Notes: generated by a model not told the origin, from the sequence alone. Shown: positions 35,195 through 45,846, counted from the stretch's first letter. The stretch: DNA of 59,062 nt from Bdellovibrionota bacterium (GCA_044344945.1 JBIJBZ010000002.1:1-59062); one strand, 5' to 3'. Numbers and translations: made by a program.

Positions 35195-35871
35195 GCTCGG
35201 ATATACGTTCAAAAGCAGCGGTTATCGATTTCTTGGTTCAGAGCAAGGCTCTCAAGTTTGGCGACTTCACCTTAAAGTCGGGGCGAAAGGCTCCCTACTT
35301 TATCAACACTGGATCGTTTGATGATGGAGAGAAGATCCTGCAACTCTCGCATTTCTATGCGCGGCAGATTCTCGACGCAGGATTACAAAAGGTCGATGTC
35401 GTGTTCGGCCCGGCATACAAGGGCATTCCGCTTTGTGTCTCAACGGCGATGACCCTTGCCAAGGATTATGGAGTCGCGATCGGATTCTGTTTTAATCGAA
35501 AAGAGGCTAAGACGCGCGGGGAAGGTGGAGAGTACGTCGGCAAGCCCCTCACCGCAGGCATGAAGGTAGTTCTTGTTGAGGATGTCGTTACAGCGGGCAC
35601 CACGCTCCACGAGGTAATTCCTGTTCTTCGCGCTAAAGTTGGAGTTGAGGTGGCGGGCGTTATCATCCTCGTTGACCGAGATGAGCGCGGAAGTGGTGAG
35701 CTGTCGGCTGTTAGAGAAGCTGAGCGCGAGTTGGATATCTCGGTAACTTCAATCGTAAACATCAACGATATTATTTCGTACCTGACGCAGGAGAATTCCT
35801 CGGGCTTTCGACTTGAAGGTGAGTTACTTGATCGGGTTAGGGCCTACCGAGCGGAGTTTGGAGCATCATGA
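35191..35871 (+). CDS. pyrE: Orotate phosphoribosyltransferase
   Basis: FTLKSGRKAPYFIN and the PRPP loop VVLVEDVVTAGTT. Confidence 0.9.
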   Translation: MSSDIRSKAAVIDFLVQSKALKFGDFTLKSGRKAPYFINTGSFDDGEKILQLSHFYARQILDAGLQKVDVVFGPAYKGIPLCVSTAMTLAKDYGVAIGFCFNRKEAKTRGEGGEYVGKPLTAGMKVVLVEDVVTAGTTLHEVIPVLRAKVGVEVAGVIILVDRDERGSGELSAVREAERELDISVTSIVNINDIISYLTQENSSGFRLEGELLDRVRAYRAEFGAS

Positions 35872-36353
35872 AGCGCGCACTCCTCTTCATTCTCGCGGCA
35901 GTTCTTCTCGGAGCTCCACTCACCCTGCGAGCAGACGAACGCTCAGAGGCTCTCGACAAACAAGCCGCGGAGCTCTACCAGCAGGTTTTTAGTCCATTTT
36001 GCGCGGGCCGATCATTGAACGATTGCCCAAGTTCAAAAGCGCATGAACTTAAAGTAGACATGCGTGCAAAGCTTGAAGCGGGAGTTCCCCCGCAGGTGAT
36101 CTTGGAAGAGGTGTTTCAGCAGTTTGGAGAGAAATACCGCACCGTGCCGGCCTACAAGGGGTTCGGGAAGTTAGTGTGGTGGGTTCCCGTAGGTTTCGTC
36201 GTTTTAGGGCTCTTCGTGGCTCTTATTGTTGTTTTGAGTCGCCGCAAGCCACGGCCAAGTGCTTCAAGTCAGGGCACTCCACCTTTTTCTTCGGCTATCC
36301 TCTCTGAAGAGCTAAGGGCTCAGATCGACAAGGAACTTTCCTCATTTGATTAG
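35868..36353 (+). CDS. CcmH/NrfF-like protein with a non-canonical Cys motif
   Basis: Signal peptide, then SPFCAGRSLNDCPSSKAHELKVDMRAKLEAGVPPQVILEEVFQQFGEKYRTVP and a C-terminal TM. This matches the CcmH layout, but SPFC replaces CPxC. Confidence 0.55.
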   Translation: MKRALLFILAAVLLGAPLTLRADERSEALDKQAAELYQQVFSPFCAGRSLNDCPSSKAHELKVDMRAKLEAGVPPQVILEEVFQQFGEKYRTVPAYKGFGKLVWWVPVGFVVLGLFVALIVVLSRRKPRPSASSQGTPPFSSAILSEELRAQIDKELSSFD

Positions 36354-36532
36354 CGACCCGTGAAGGCGCAGTATAGCGAGCGAGAAGACAATGACTCTCA
36401 GCAGTCATCGTAACGAGATAGGTCGTTACAAGCTGGATTGCAGCTGAGTCGGTATGAGACACGGATAATCTCTCAGATATACATCGCCCCCTCATACAGG
36501 GGACTTTGTTTAGGTATCGCCACGGACGGAAT

Positions 36533-37177
36533 ATGGTGCCTTTCAAGGAACGAACGTTAGAAGAAATATCAACAGGGTTAGATCTTGGTGCGATCACCAG
36601 TGTTGGTCGATACGCTTGGATGGTAACGCTGGTCGCACTCGTTGGCGTTGCCGTAAAGGGAACGATCCTTGAGAGCTTTTACGTCCCTTCAGTGTCTATG
36701 GTACCGACCCTTGAATCTGATGATCGTATCGTTGTGCCGAAACTGGCGTACGGCCTGCATCTTCCATTTTCAAACCGCTCCCTAATCTCCTGGTCTCAAC
36801 CTGAGCGCGGCCAAGTGATCGTTTTCAAGCGAGTAGATGACCCTTCAACATGGGCTGACGAGGGCGCGCGCAGTATGGTGAAGCGAGTGATCGGACTTCC
36901 TGGTGATCAGATCCGCATCAAGGGCTCAGAAGTTGCCGTAAATGGCGAGCTGCTCCATGAGTCATATGCTCGTTGGTCCAAGAGAGGGAATGCAGAGGAG
37001 CAGTCCTTTATCGTTCCTTCGGATTCCCTCTTTGTGCTCGGTGATAACCGCGACGAATCGTTTGATTCACGATTCTGGCGGAATCCATTTATCCAAACCG
37101 ACCAGGTAATTGGTCCAGTCTCAGCCGTGTACTGGTCGCCCAGCAACCCGAGCCGCTCCGGAACGTGGATTCAGTAG
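36533..37177 (+). CDS. Signal peptidase I paralog
   Basis: VPSVSMVPTL, VKRVIGLPGDQI and GDNRDESFDSRFW. TTG 36506 is an alternative start. Confidence 0.85.
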   Translation: MVPFKERTLEEISTGLDLGAITSVGRYAWMVTLVALVGVAVKGTILESFYVPSVSMVPTLESDDRIVVPKLAYGLHLPFSNRSLISWSQPERGQVIVFKRVDDPSTWADEGARSMVKRVIGLPGDQIRIKGSEVAVNGELLHESYARWSKRGNAEEQSFIVPSDSLFVLGDNRDESFDSRFWRNPFIQTDQVIGPVSAVYWSPSNPSRSGTWIQ

Positions 37178-37297
37178 GGCGAACGCCGTATTCAATGTGA
37201 GAATCCGCTGACCTCACACATATTCGGTACTCTCCTGTAACTTCCTTGAGCGTCACATAGCTAGGCAGAGCGCTCCGTTGTATTTCAACGCCCCGCG

Positions 37298-38227
37298 GTG
37301 TCTTTGTTGACTTGCCCCTCTCAACTTCCTACCATCTCCCCGAGCATGGAAGCCACCCGGAGTACCCGCCAAGAGAAGTTACGAGCCTATGTTGCGCTTA
37401 CGAAGCCCCGTATCTTGATGATGGTGGTCCTGATGAGTGCGGCTGGGTATTTTCTCGGGGCCAAAAGCATCGATCCACTTCCCGTGTTTTTTATGATGCT
37501 CTTGGGTACCGGATTAAGCTCTGGTGGTGCTGCGGTGCTCAATAATTACCTTGAGCGTGACTGCGACCTTAAGATGGGACGCACTAAGACACGAGCGTTA
37601 CCGTTGGGAATTATCACCCCTTCGGAGGCCCTCCTCTTCGGGCTCAGTCTCTCCCTTATCGGGGTGTTTCTGCTTGCATGGCAGGTTAATGTTTTAACGG
37701 GATTTCTCTCTCTGGTGACTGTATTTCTGTATGTACTCGTGTACACCCCGCTCAAGAAGATCTCGTGGTGGAACACGGTCGTTGGGGCTATCCCCGGAGC
37801 GCTTCCTCCCATGGGCGGATGGGCAGCGGCAACAGGGGAACTCGATCTCGGGGCATGGATCCTCTTTTTAATCCTCTTTGTGTGGCAACACCCACATTTC
37901 TACGCGATTGCATGGATGTACAAGGAGGACTACGAACAGGGTGGTTTTAAGATGTTACCGGTGGTGTACCCGGATGGAGTTCGCACCTTCCGGCAAACAG
38001 TCGGCTTTTCTCTTCTCCTTATTCCAGTTTCCCTCCTGCCGTTCTACTACGGCATGGCGGGATTGGTGTATGCCTGGGGGATCTCAATCCTCGGACTAGT
38101 GATGTTAGCCGTTGGGCTTAAACTCCGTCGGACTCGCTCGGTGCACGATGCTCGCACGCTCTTAAAGGTGTCGGTGATCTATCTACCGCTCTTCTTTGCG
38201 CTGCTACTTTGCGATAGCTCGCTATAG
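37298..38227 (+). CDS. ctaB: Protoheme IX farnesyltransferase (heme O synthase)
   Basis: UbiA-family motifs NNYLERDCDLKM..RTKTRALP, and nine-TM character. ATG 37346 is an alternative start. Confidence 0.9.
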   Translation: MSLLTCPSQLPTISPSMEATRSTRQEKLRAYVALTKPRILMMVVLMSAAGYFLGAKSIDPLPVFFMMLLGTGLSSGGAAVLNNYLERDCDLKMGRTKTRALPLGIITPSEALLFGLSLSLIGVFLLAWQVNVLTGFLSLVTVFLYVLVYTPLKKISWWNTVVGAIPGALPPMGGWAAATGELDLGAWILFLILFVWQHPHFYAIAWMYKEDYEQGGFKMLPVVYPDGVRTFRQTVGFSLLLIPVSLLPFYYGMAGLVYAWGISILGLVMLAVGLKLRRTRSVHDARTLLKVSVIYLPLFFALLLCDSSL

Positions 38228-38280
38228 TTACACGAAGACCGCAAACAGGACTGGCGGGAGCGCCGACGCGCAGTGATTAT

Positions 38281-39282
38281 TTAAAATTCGCTCCGAATCG
38301 GCCTGCTCATCAGGTGAGCTGCCAACTCCTTTGGGGTCATAGTCTCGTTTAGAACCTGAACGACACCACTAATTATCGGAGTTTCGATCCCCTTGCTTGC
38401 AGCAAGCTTCTCGACCAGCGGGGCGCTGTACACCCCTTCCGCCGTCGCATGGATTGAGGCGATAATTGCGGAGAGCTTCTCTCCTTTTCCGAGTCGGAGG
38501 CCAACTTTGCGATTGCGGCTCTGATCGTCGGTCGCTGTCATCACAAGATCGCCCAAGCCAGAGAGCCCAAAGATCGTTCGTGAGTCAGCACCAAGCGCCG
38601 TTGCGACTCGATTCATCTCGGCAAGCCCTCGTGAAATAAGCGCTGCTCGCGTCGATGGTCCATAAGCAAGGCCATCTGAGATAGCGACTGCGATAGCGAT
38701 TATATTCTTCAGTATTCCGCCGAGCTCAACACCGAGTGGGTCCGAAGATGTGTATACGCGCAGCGCATTGCCCGCTAAAAGTTGAGCGACCTGGTGTGCG
38801 GTCCCTGAATCACTCGAAGCGGCGGTAACCGAGATCGGCGTTCCACTAACGAGGTCTGCGGCGAAGCTAGGGCCCGAGATGACACAGAGTTTTTGGGGAT
38901 TGATACCGAGCCTTGTATGCGCATAGGAAAGGGGGGTCAGACCCGATGTCTTCTCAAGCCCCTTTGTGGCGCTAATCAATATCTTGGTTGAAAGCGATGG
39001 CACCACCTCACTCCATGCTGAAGCAGGGAGTGCGACGATGGTAAAGTCAGCATCGGAGCAATCAGCAAGGCTGGAGGTGAGGGTAAGGTTCGCAGGAAGA
39101 GCGATGGAGTGACCGCTAACCTTGAGAGTCTTGGAGCTTTGCATCTCGGCGACAGCATGCGGATCCTTGTGCCAGGCTGTCACGCGGTGTCCGAGGCCAG
39201 CGCAGTAGTGCGCCAACGCCGAGCCCCAGGCGCCGAGGCCGATAACAGCGACGTGACTGGATGCTTCAGTACCTGGGTTCAT
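38281..39282 (-). CDS. gpsA: NAD(P)H-dependent glycerol-3-phosphate dehydrogenase
   Basis: VAVIGLGAWGSALA Rossmann motif, GGILKNIIAIAVAISDGL and GDLVMTATDDQSRNRKVG. Confidence 0.9.
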   Translation of the reverse strand: MNPGTEASSHVAVIGLGAWGSALAHYCAGLGHRVTAWHKDPHAVAEMQSSKTLKVSGHSIALPANLTLTSSLADCSDADFTIVALPASAWSEVVPSLSTKILISATKGLEKTSGLTPLSYAHTRLGINPQKLCVISGPSFAADLVSGTPISVTAASSDSGTAHQVAQLLAGNALRVYTSSDPLGVELGGILKNIIAIAVAISDGLAYGPSTRAALISRGLAEMNRVATALGADSRTIFGLSGLGDLVMTATDDQSRNRKVGLRLGKGEKLSAIIASIHATAEGVYSAPLVEKLAASKGIETPIISGVVQVLNETMTPKELAAHLMSRPIRSEF

Positions 39283-39419
39283 GCAACTAATCCCTCGACG
39301 ATTGGCCTGCCTGGTGCGATAGCAAACTCTACAACTCGCGACGAGCTCGCCAACACAGTGGCGCGCGCCGAAACTGAGATTGTGAGCGTAGCCAAGGGGC
39401 AGCCCCTGGCTACGCTACA

Positions 39420-41933
39420 CTAGTTCAACGACTCTGGCTCTGGTGGTGTCTCCTCGGATGCGCCATTGCTGCTAGCATCCAGAGGTGCTGGCGATACGGC
39501 AACAACCTTCTCCTCGGTATCGAGATCTATCAGCTTCACACCGCGAGTGTTTCTGCCGATGACTGAGATATTCATGGCGCTAGTCCGGATAATCTTTCCA
39601 CCGGAAGTGATAAGCATCAATCCGCTAGCGTTCGACACAGCGATCGCCTCGATTACTGGGCCGTTTCTTCCCTCTGTCTGGATATCAATCAGACCCTTTC
39701 CGCCGCGATTCTGGCTGCGGTACTCGGAGATGACCGTTCGTTTACCGAATCCGTTCTGACACACCGTCAGGAGGGTCGTCTCCTCGGCTCCCTCTGCGGG
39801 TTGCTCTGCGGACCTTGCAAGGATCGTCATGCTGACAACCCTGTCATCGCCCTCGAAGCGGATGCCCGTCACTCCACGAGCAGCTCGTCCCATAGGACGA
39901 ACCTGATCTTCTTGGAAGCGGATAGCCATTCCGTCTCGGGTCGCCAGGAGGATATCATCGTTTCCAGTGGTAACCTGAGCCGAGATGAGAGTGTCCCCCT
40001 CATCCAGGGTGCAGGCCATAATGCCGTTTCTACGTGAGCGAGAGAACTCCTCAAGCGCTGTCTTCTTGATGACACCACCTTGAGTTGCAAGCACAACGAA
40101 CGAATTCTCTGACCATTCCTTGATCGGCAGGATGGCGCACGGCTTCTCGTCCTCTTTAAGTTCAAGCAGGTTTACGAGTGCGCGACCCTTCGACGTTCTG
40201 CCTGACTCTGGGATCCCATACACCTTGAGCCAGTACAGCCGCCCAAGAGTTGTGAACACAAGAAGGTCCGAAAGGGTCGAGGTTACAAAGAGGTTCTTGA
40301 TGAAATCGTCGTCATCCGATGCCGCTCCAATCACTCCCTTACCGCCGCGGCGCTGCTCGCGATACTCCGATATCGAAGTGCGCTTCACGTAGCCTTTGTG
40401 GCTAATAGTGACTGCCATCTCCTCATCCTCGATGAGGTCGGTCATGTCGATCTCGCCACCGTCATCGAGGATCTCAGTGCGGCGGGCATCTCCATACTTC
40501 TCACGAACATCGGTGAGTTCGGCGGCGATAATTGCATCCACTCTCTTTGTGTCAGCCAAGATGGCCAACAGCTCTTGGATTAACTTAGCCAATTCCTCAT
40601 GCTCCTTCTCAATTGCGAGTCTCTCCATGCCGGTGAGCTTCTGGAGTCGGAGATCGAGGATTGCTTGAGCCTGGATGGTGGAGAGCTCGAAGCGTGAAAT
40701 GAGTTCGTCTCTCGCATCCTTTGGAGTGCTCGCAGCCCTGATGAGCCGGATGACTTCATCGAGGTTGAGGAGCGCAATCTTGAAACCTTCCAAGATGTGC
40801 ATGCGCTCCTTGGCCTTTCTGAGCTCGAACTCTGTGCGGCGAGTGACAACGTCGCGGCGATGGTCGAGGAAGTGGCTAAGCATCTCTTTGAGAGAGCAAA
40901 CGACGGGCTTACCGTCGACGATCGCAAGATTCACGATACCGAAGCTCGATTGCATCGGGGTGAGCTTGAAGAGCTGGTTTAATACAACCTCTGGGGTTGC
41001 ATCGCGCTTAAGCTCGATCACAATTCGCATGCCGCTTCGGTCGCTTTCGTCACGAAGCTTTGAGATTCCCTCGATCTGCTTATCATTTACAAGCTCTGCA
41101 ATCTTCTCGATCAGTCGAGCCTTGTTGAGCTGGTACGGGATCTCTGTAACAACGATGATGTCCGCTTCCCTGGTCTTGCCTTTGAGCTTCTCAAAGTGAG
41201 CCTTCGCTCGAACCTGAAGGATTCCACGGCCCGTTGAGTATGCGCTTACAATGGGCCCGCGGCCGTAAATTGCGCCGCCCGTCGGGAAATCTGGCCCTGG
41301 GATATGCTGGAGGAGCTCACCGGTGCCAATATCAGGGTTGGTGATGAGCGCGAGCGCCCCGTTGATAACCTCGGTGAGATTGTGTGGCGGGATGTGAGTC
41401 GCCATTCCTACCGCGATTCCGTTTGCTCCGTTTACGAGGAGGTTGGGGATTACAGCAGGGAGCATTACTGGCTCAAGTACCGAGTCATCGAAGTTCGGTG
41501 TGAAGTCGACCGTCTCTTTCTCGATATCCTCGAGCAGCTTCTCGGCCAGCTCGGTCATTCGGCACTCAGTGTATCGATATGCTGCTGGTGGATCCCCGTC
41601 GACTGAGCCGAAGTTGCCCTGGCCATCGATCAATGGGTAGCGCAGGTTCCATGGCTGGGCTAATCGCACGAGTGCTTCGTACACCGGCATGTCGCCGTGG
41701 GGGTGATAGCGCTTGAGCACCTCACCCACAACTCCCGCGCACTTTGAGTGCTTGCGGTTCGAGGCGAGTCCTTCTTTGAGCATCGCGTAGAGTACGCGGC
41801 GCTGAACGGGCTTCAAGCCGTCTCGGACGTCAGGGAGGGCTCGACCAACGATAACGCTCATAGCGTAATCGAGGTACGATTGCCGCATCTCAGATTCAAT
41901 GGTGATGGGGTTGATAGAGCCTTGATTTTCCAT
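39420..41933 (-). CDS. gyrA: DNA gyrase subunit A
   Basis: YLDYAMSVIVGRALPDVRDGLKPVQRR and AAYRYTECRM (the active-site Tyr region), plus C-terminal beta-pinwheel repeats. Confidence 0.97.
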   Translation of the reverse strand: MENQGSINPITIESEMRQSYLDYAMSVIVGRALPDVRDGLKPVQRRVLYAMLKEGLASNRKHSKCAGVVGEVLKRYHPHGDMPVYEALVRLAQPWNLRYPLIDGQGNFGSVDGDPPAAYRYTECRMTELAEKLLEDIEKETVDFTPNFDDSVLEPVMLPAVIPNLLVNGANGIAVGMATHIPPHNLTEVINGALALITNPDIGTGELLQHIPGPDFPTGGAIYGRGPIVSAYSTGRGILQVRAKAHFEKLKGKTREADIIVVTEIPYQLNKARLIEKIAELVNDKQIEGISKLRDESDRSGMRIVIELKRDATPEVVLNQLFKLTPMQSSFGIVNLAIVDGKPVVCSLKEMLSHFLDHRRDVVTRRTEFELRKAKERMHILEGFKIALLNLDEVIRLIRAASTPKDARDELISRFELSTIQAQAILDLRLQKLTGMERLAIEKEHEELAKLIQELLAILADTKRVDAIIAAELTDVREKYGDARRTEILDDGGEIDMTDLIEDEEMAVTISHKGYVKRTSISEYREQRRGGKGVIGAASDDDDFIKNLFVTSTLSDLLVFTTLGRLYWLKVYGIPESGRTSKGRALVNLLELKEDEKPCAILPIKEWSENSFVVLATQGGVIKKTALEEFSRSRRNGIMACTLDEGDTLISAQVTTGNDDILLATRDGMAIRFQEDQVRPMGRAARGVTGIRFEGDDRVVSMTILARSAEQPAEGAEETTLLTVCQNGFGKRTVISEYRSQNRGGKGLIDIQTEGRNGPVIEAIAVSNASGLMLITSGGKIIRTSAMNISVIGRNTRGVKLIDLDTEEKVVAVSPAPLDASSNGASEETPPEPESLN

Positions 41934-42108
41934 TCCCGAAGGATAGGGTAAGGAGGGGGTTAGTTCAAGGCCTTAATACCGCTGTAAGCCCATAAAAATT
42001 GGGTGTTTTTTGGGTTTTGGACTCTGCAACCAGCCCCTTTGAATCCCGCCCCATAACTGCTATACCTAGGAGCCGCTTAGTGACTGTAATTCACCTCCAA
42101 GGCCTACT

Positions 42109-42879
42109 ATGAAGCTCTCCGTCGTTATCCCCTGCTACAACGAGAAAAGCACGATTCAAGACATCGTAACGGCGGTGAAGAACTCCCCGATTGCCGACAA
42201 GGAGATCATAATCGTCGATGATTTCTCTACCGATGGGACCAGAGAGGTTCTGCGCTCTACCATCGCGCCGCAGGTCGATAAGATCCTGTACCACGATGTG
42301 AATCAGGGTAAGGGGGCTGCACTCCGAACGGGTTTCGCGCACGCAACGGGCGATGTCGTCGTTGTTCAGGATGCCGACCTCGAGTATGACCCGCAGGAGT
42401 ATGGGCTGCTATTGGAGCCGATTGAGGCCGGAAAGGCTGATGTTGTGTTCGGTTCTCGATTTATGAGCAACCGACCGCATCGGGTCGTGTATTTCTGGCA
42501 CTACGTGGGGAATCAGGTTCTCACCCTGCTCTCGAATATGTTTACGAATCTGAACCTTACGGACATGGAGACCTGCTACAAAATGTTCCGGCGGGAGACG
42601 ATTCAATCGATCTCGATCGAGGAGTCGCGTTTCGGGTTCGAGCCGGAAATTACAGCGAAGGTTGCTGCGCTACACTGCCGAATTTACGAGGTCGGCATCT
42701 CGTATTACGGCCGCACCTACGATGAAGGAAAGAAGATCGGTTGGCGCGATGGTTTTCGGGCAATTTACGCTATCGTTAAGTACAACATGTTCCGTAAACC
42801 TTCCAAAGTTGTGGTAGCAAATCAGGCATCGTCGGGCGCCGCATGCTGCTGCGCGCCGTCTACCTCCTGCGATCGATAA
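42109..42879 (+). CDS. Family 2 glycosyltransferase (polyprenol-phosphate sugar transferase-like)
   Basis: [22 protein letters not shown] and [11 protein letters not shown]. Confidence 0.85.
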   Translation: MKLSVVIPCYNEKSTIQDIVTAVKNSPIADKEIIIVDDFSTDGTREVLRSTIAPQVDKILYHDVNQGKGAALRTGFAHATGDVVVVQDADLEYDPQEYGLLLEPIEAGKADVVFGSRFMSNRPHRVVYFWHYVGNQVLTLLSNMFTNLNLTDMETCYKMFRRETIQSISIEESRFGFEPEITAKVAALHCRIYEVGISYYGRTYDEGKKIGWRDGFRAIYAIVKYNMFRKPSKVVVANQASSGAACCCAPSTSCDR

Positions 42880-42895
42880 GTTAGGTGGGCCTACT

Positions 42896-43666
42896 TTGAA
42901 CGGTGTTGCCCGCCCTCAAAAACTAGCGATTCTTACCGCGATGGATGAGGAGTTTAAGCTGCTCGCACGCCACCTCACACACTCAACCATTACCAGAGTA
43001 GGACCGCGTTCTTTTTTTGAGGGAACGATCAATGGGCGGGATGTTGTGCTTGCTTGTTCTGGGATCGGCAAGGTTGCGAGCGCAGCTACGGCAACCATTC
43101 TCCTCACGTCGTTTGGAGTAGACGCGGTGTTCTTTACCGGTGTTGCGGGAGGAGTGCATGCGCACTGCTCAGTTGGAGATCTTGTTATCGCACGAGAGTT
43201 GGTGCAGCACGATTTTGATCTGAAGGGGGTGCTCGGGTATCCCCGATTTCATATCCCGTCGATTGGCGTGTCGCGGATGTTTGCGTGCGAAAATATGGCA
43301 AAAATAGCAGAAAAAGCGGCGGTTTCTGTTTTGCAGGATAGCGAGTACCTTGAGGCTGTTTCTCTCTTCTGTCAGGGGGAGCCAAAGATGCACGCTGGAG
43401 TGGTCGCGAGCGGAGATGTTTTTATCGGAGGCGACGCTGAGCGAGACGAGTTGCGCGCAAGCCTCCCAGGGCTGCTCTGCGTTGATATGGAGGGGGCTGC
43501 GGTGGCGCAGGTGTGCATCGAACATGCGGTCCCATTTGTAGAGGCACGCATTATATCGGATGCTGCAGATAATTCTTCAATTATGGACTTTGGTGAGTTT
43601 ATACGTTCGGCGGCAGCGGTCGGATCGGAAAAGCTGGTTCTACATTTTGTGCAGGGGTTCCGATGA
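42896..43666 (+). CDS. mtnN: 5-methylthioadenosine/S-adenosylhomocysteine nucleosidase
   Basis: LAILTAMDEE, ACSGIGKVASA, VDMEGAAVAQVC and ARIISD. Confidence 0.8.
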   Translation: MNGVARPQKLAILTAMDEEFKLLARHLTHSTITRVGPRSFFEGTINGRDVVLACSGIGKVASAATATILLTSFGVDAVFFTGVAGGVHAHCSVGDLVIARELVQHDFDLKGVLGYPRFHIPSIGVSRMFACENMAKIAEKAAVSVLQDSEYLEAVSLFCQGEPKMHAGVVASGDVFIGGDAERDELRASLPGLLCVDMEGAAVAQVCIEHAVPFVEARIISDAADNSSIMDFGEFIRSAAAVGSEKLVLHFVQGFR

Positions 43667-44178
43667 TTAATTTGCAGGATTACATCCACGATGTTCCAGA
43701 TTTTCCGAAGCCGGGAATTTTATTTCGCGATATTTCACCCCTCTTGAGCTCTCCCCAAGCCTTTTCATGTGCCGTCGAGCGAATGGCGGAGGAATTTCAA
43801 AAGCTTGGTGCAACAGCGATCGTCGCTGTCGAGTCGCGCGGCTTTATTTTCGGTGCTCCGATCGCGGTGCGCGCGAAGGTGCCCCTTGTTTTGGTGCGCA
43901 AGCCGGGAAAGCTTCCCGGCGATAAAGAGTGCATGCAGTACGGCTTAGAGTACGGCAGTGATACCCTCGAAATTAAAGCGGGGGTAATTCCTGCAGGCGC
44001 GCGCGTTGCTGTGATTGATGATGTACTTGCAACGGGCGGAACGGCAGCAGCTACGGGGGCGCTTGTTGGAAAGGTTGGTGGGATGCTTGCTGGCTATCTC
44101 TTCTTGATTGAACTTGCAGCATTGAAAGGGCGAGATCGGCTAAGCAGTGTGCCGATATCGGCTTTGATTTCGTTGTAA
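43663..44178 (+). CDS. apt: Adenine phosphoribosyltransferase
   Basis: DFPKPGILFRDISPLL and VAVIDDVLATGGTA. Confidence 0.9.
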   Translation: MINLQDYIHDVPDFPKPGILFRDISPLLSSPQAFSCAVERMAEEFQKLGATAIVAVESRGFIFGAPIAVRAKVPLVLVRKPGKLPGDKECMQYGLEYGSDTLEIKAGVIPAGARVAVIDDVLATGGTAAATGALVGKVGGMLAGYLFLIELAALKGRDRLSSVPISALISL

Positions 44179-44260
44179 AGCGGAGACTTTTATTCTCTGC
44201 GGGATACATCCCTGAAATAGCTTTACACCATAACGGAATCCTTTTTAGGAGGTGTAAGCG

Positions 44261-44423
44261 ATGAAGCTGAAGCGTAGAGAGCGAATATAGTGAAGCATTA
44301 AAGCGTAAAGTGGTAGCGGAGATTGAGCGCGGAAAACTCAATAGTCGAGAAGCCGCCCGAACGTATGGTATTCCTGATCTGGTCCCCCCAGGCAATACCA
44401 GAATGATGAAGAGTTTCCTATAA
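44261..44423 (+). pseudogene. IS3-family transposase OrfA (HTH) remnant, frameshifted and truncated
   Basis: MKLKRRERI, then a stop, then in the next frame YSEALKRKVVAEIERGKLNSREAARTYGIP. Confidence 0.55.
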
Positions 44424-44670
44424 CCCTTTTAGATGAGAATTAACCGCAATCTCATTCCCAGCTCTCAAATGCCAACGCAGTATTTTTTTGCCACAACTCT
44501 TTGCTTTTCTTGCAGATTAGGCCGATCGCTCCCGCTTGGAAATACTTAGCAATCTAGAGTTCACAATTTCTTATGCGCCATTTTGTCCAGCAATAACATC
44601 CAATGTGTGGTTATCAGGATCTCGTGGATGGTGGCTCTACACTCGTCAGTGGAATCAACCAGATTTTTAT

Positions 44671-45723
44671 ATGCAAATCCTTTTCAAGTCTGGGTTGGCA
44701 ATTAGTGGAACAGTACTTGCTCTAGTAATTACTGAGCTGGGTAGTCGTCTTCTACTTCCTCCACCGAGCAATTTTGAAGTAACGGATTTGAGTAGGATTA
44801 CAGCCGTAGGTACGGACACCCACAGTTTAGTCGATGAAGGATTGCCGTACTCGATGACGATTCAAGGGCCTCACGGGGTGAGGCTGCGACCTGGTATTCA
44901 TGGAGTAATTCGAAACCACGTTCTTAGTCATACCGATGTCAACTTGCGGATTAATTCTTACGGGATGCGGTATCCTGAAATCGGTATTCGTGATTCGGGA
45001 GAGTTTAGAACGATTGTACTTGGTGACTCCATTACCTTGGCAGATTATTTGCCTGAAGCCGACACCATACCCGCTTTATTGGAGGCTGATTTTGGCCCCT
45101 CTAGACGATTCCTGAATGCTGCAGTTGCAACTACGGGAACCAGCGAACAGCTATATCGTTACCTTGAAGTGGCTGACCAGATAGATGCGCAGTTAGTGCT
45201 TGTGGGGATGTTCTTAGATGATGCTCGCGCGGCGCAGAGTGTTAAGTCATTAGTCCTTCGGGAGCCTTGGGCCTCGAGCAGATTGATTAGTTTTATTGCA
45301 CCACGCGTCTCATTCTTAAAAAGCAGGCTTTTTGATTCAGGATTAGAGCAAGATGAAAACCAATTGAAACAATTCAGATACCAATCAGCTTGGCAGGACG
45401 ACGCATGGCAGACCATAAGCGCTAATGCCTCCTTGTTGAAGAAGGCAGCAGAGTCTCGTTCTGCTAAACTTGCATTCTTTCTTTATCCCCTTAGGGACCA
45501 GGTGAATGGCAGACTTGACGATGTACCTCAACAGCATTTCGCGAAGCTTTGTACTCGGCTCAATGTTCCCTGTCTTGATTTGCTGCCAGCCTTGAAGGCA
45601 AACGCACGCGGTAATTCTAAGCAACTTTATTACGATTTCTGTCATATGACCCTTGATGGTCATAAAATTGTAGTTCCAGAATTATCCAAATGGCTTAGGG
45701 AAAAACATCTCGTACCATCTTGA
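44671..45723 (+). CDS. SGNH/GDSL-type hydrolase with an N-terminal membrane anchor
   Basis: FRTIVLGDSITLADY (block I GDS) and C-terminal YYDFCHMTLDGH (DxxH block). Visibly more AT-rich than neighbouring genes. Confidence 0.65.
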   Translation: MQILFKSGLAISGTVLALVITELGSRLLLPPPSNFEVTDLSRITAVGTDTHSLVDEGLPYSMTIQGPHGVRLRPGIHGVIRNHVLSHTDVNLRINSYGMRYPEIGIRDSGEFRTIVLGDSITLADYLPEADTIPALLEADFGPSRRFLNAAVATTGTSEQLYRYLEVADQIDAQLVLVGMFLDDARAAQSVKSLVLREPWASSRLISFIAPRVSFLKSRLFDSGLEQDENQLKQFRYQSAWQDDAWQTISANASLLKKAAESRSAKLAFFLYPLRDQVNGRLDDVPQQHFAKLCTRLNVPCLDLLPALKANARGNSKQLYYDFCHMTLDGHKIVVPELSKWLREKHLVPS

Positions 45724-45812
45724 TAATTACGGCTCATCGGGGAATGAAGTGGGTGCGAATGACTGCTGATGGGTCATAACCCAATGTTTTCGGGGATACA
45801 TCGCGTATTTCC

Positions 45813-45846
45813 GCGTGAACGTGCTCGTAAATGTAAGCGTGAAAGT
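45813..45846 (+). repeat. H6 family solo arm
   Basis: gcgtgaacgtgctcgtaaatgtaagcgtgaaagt. A shorter relative, acgtgaacatgctcgggtacgg, lies at 46152-46173. Confidence 0.55.

Noticed and set aside
40675-41199. 174-aa plus-strand ORF inside gyrA, with similar antisense ORFs inside topA, yidC, dsbD, sulP and the Memo gene
   Set aside because: All lie fully within high-confidence genes on the opposite strand and have low-complexity Ser/Arg-rich translations.
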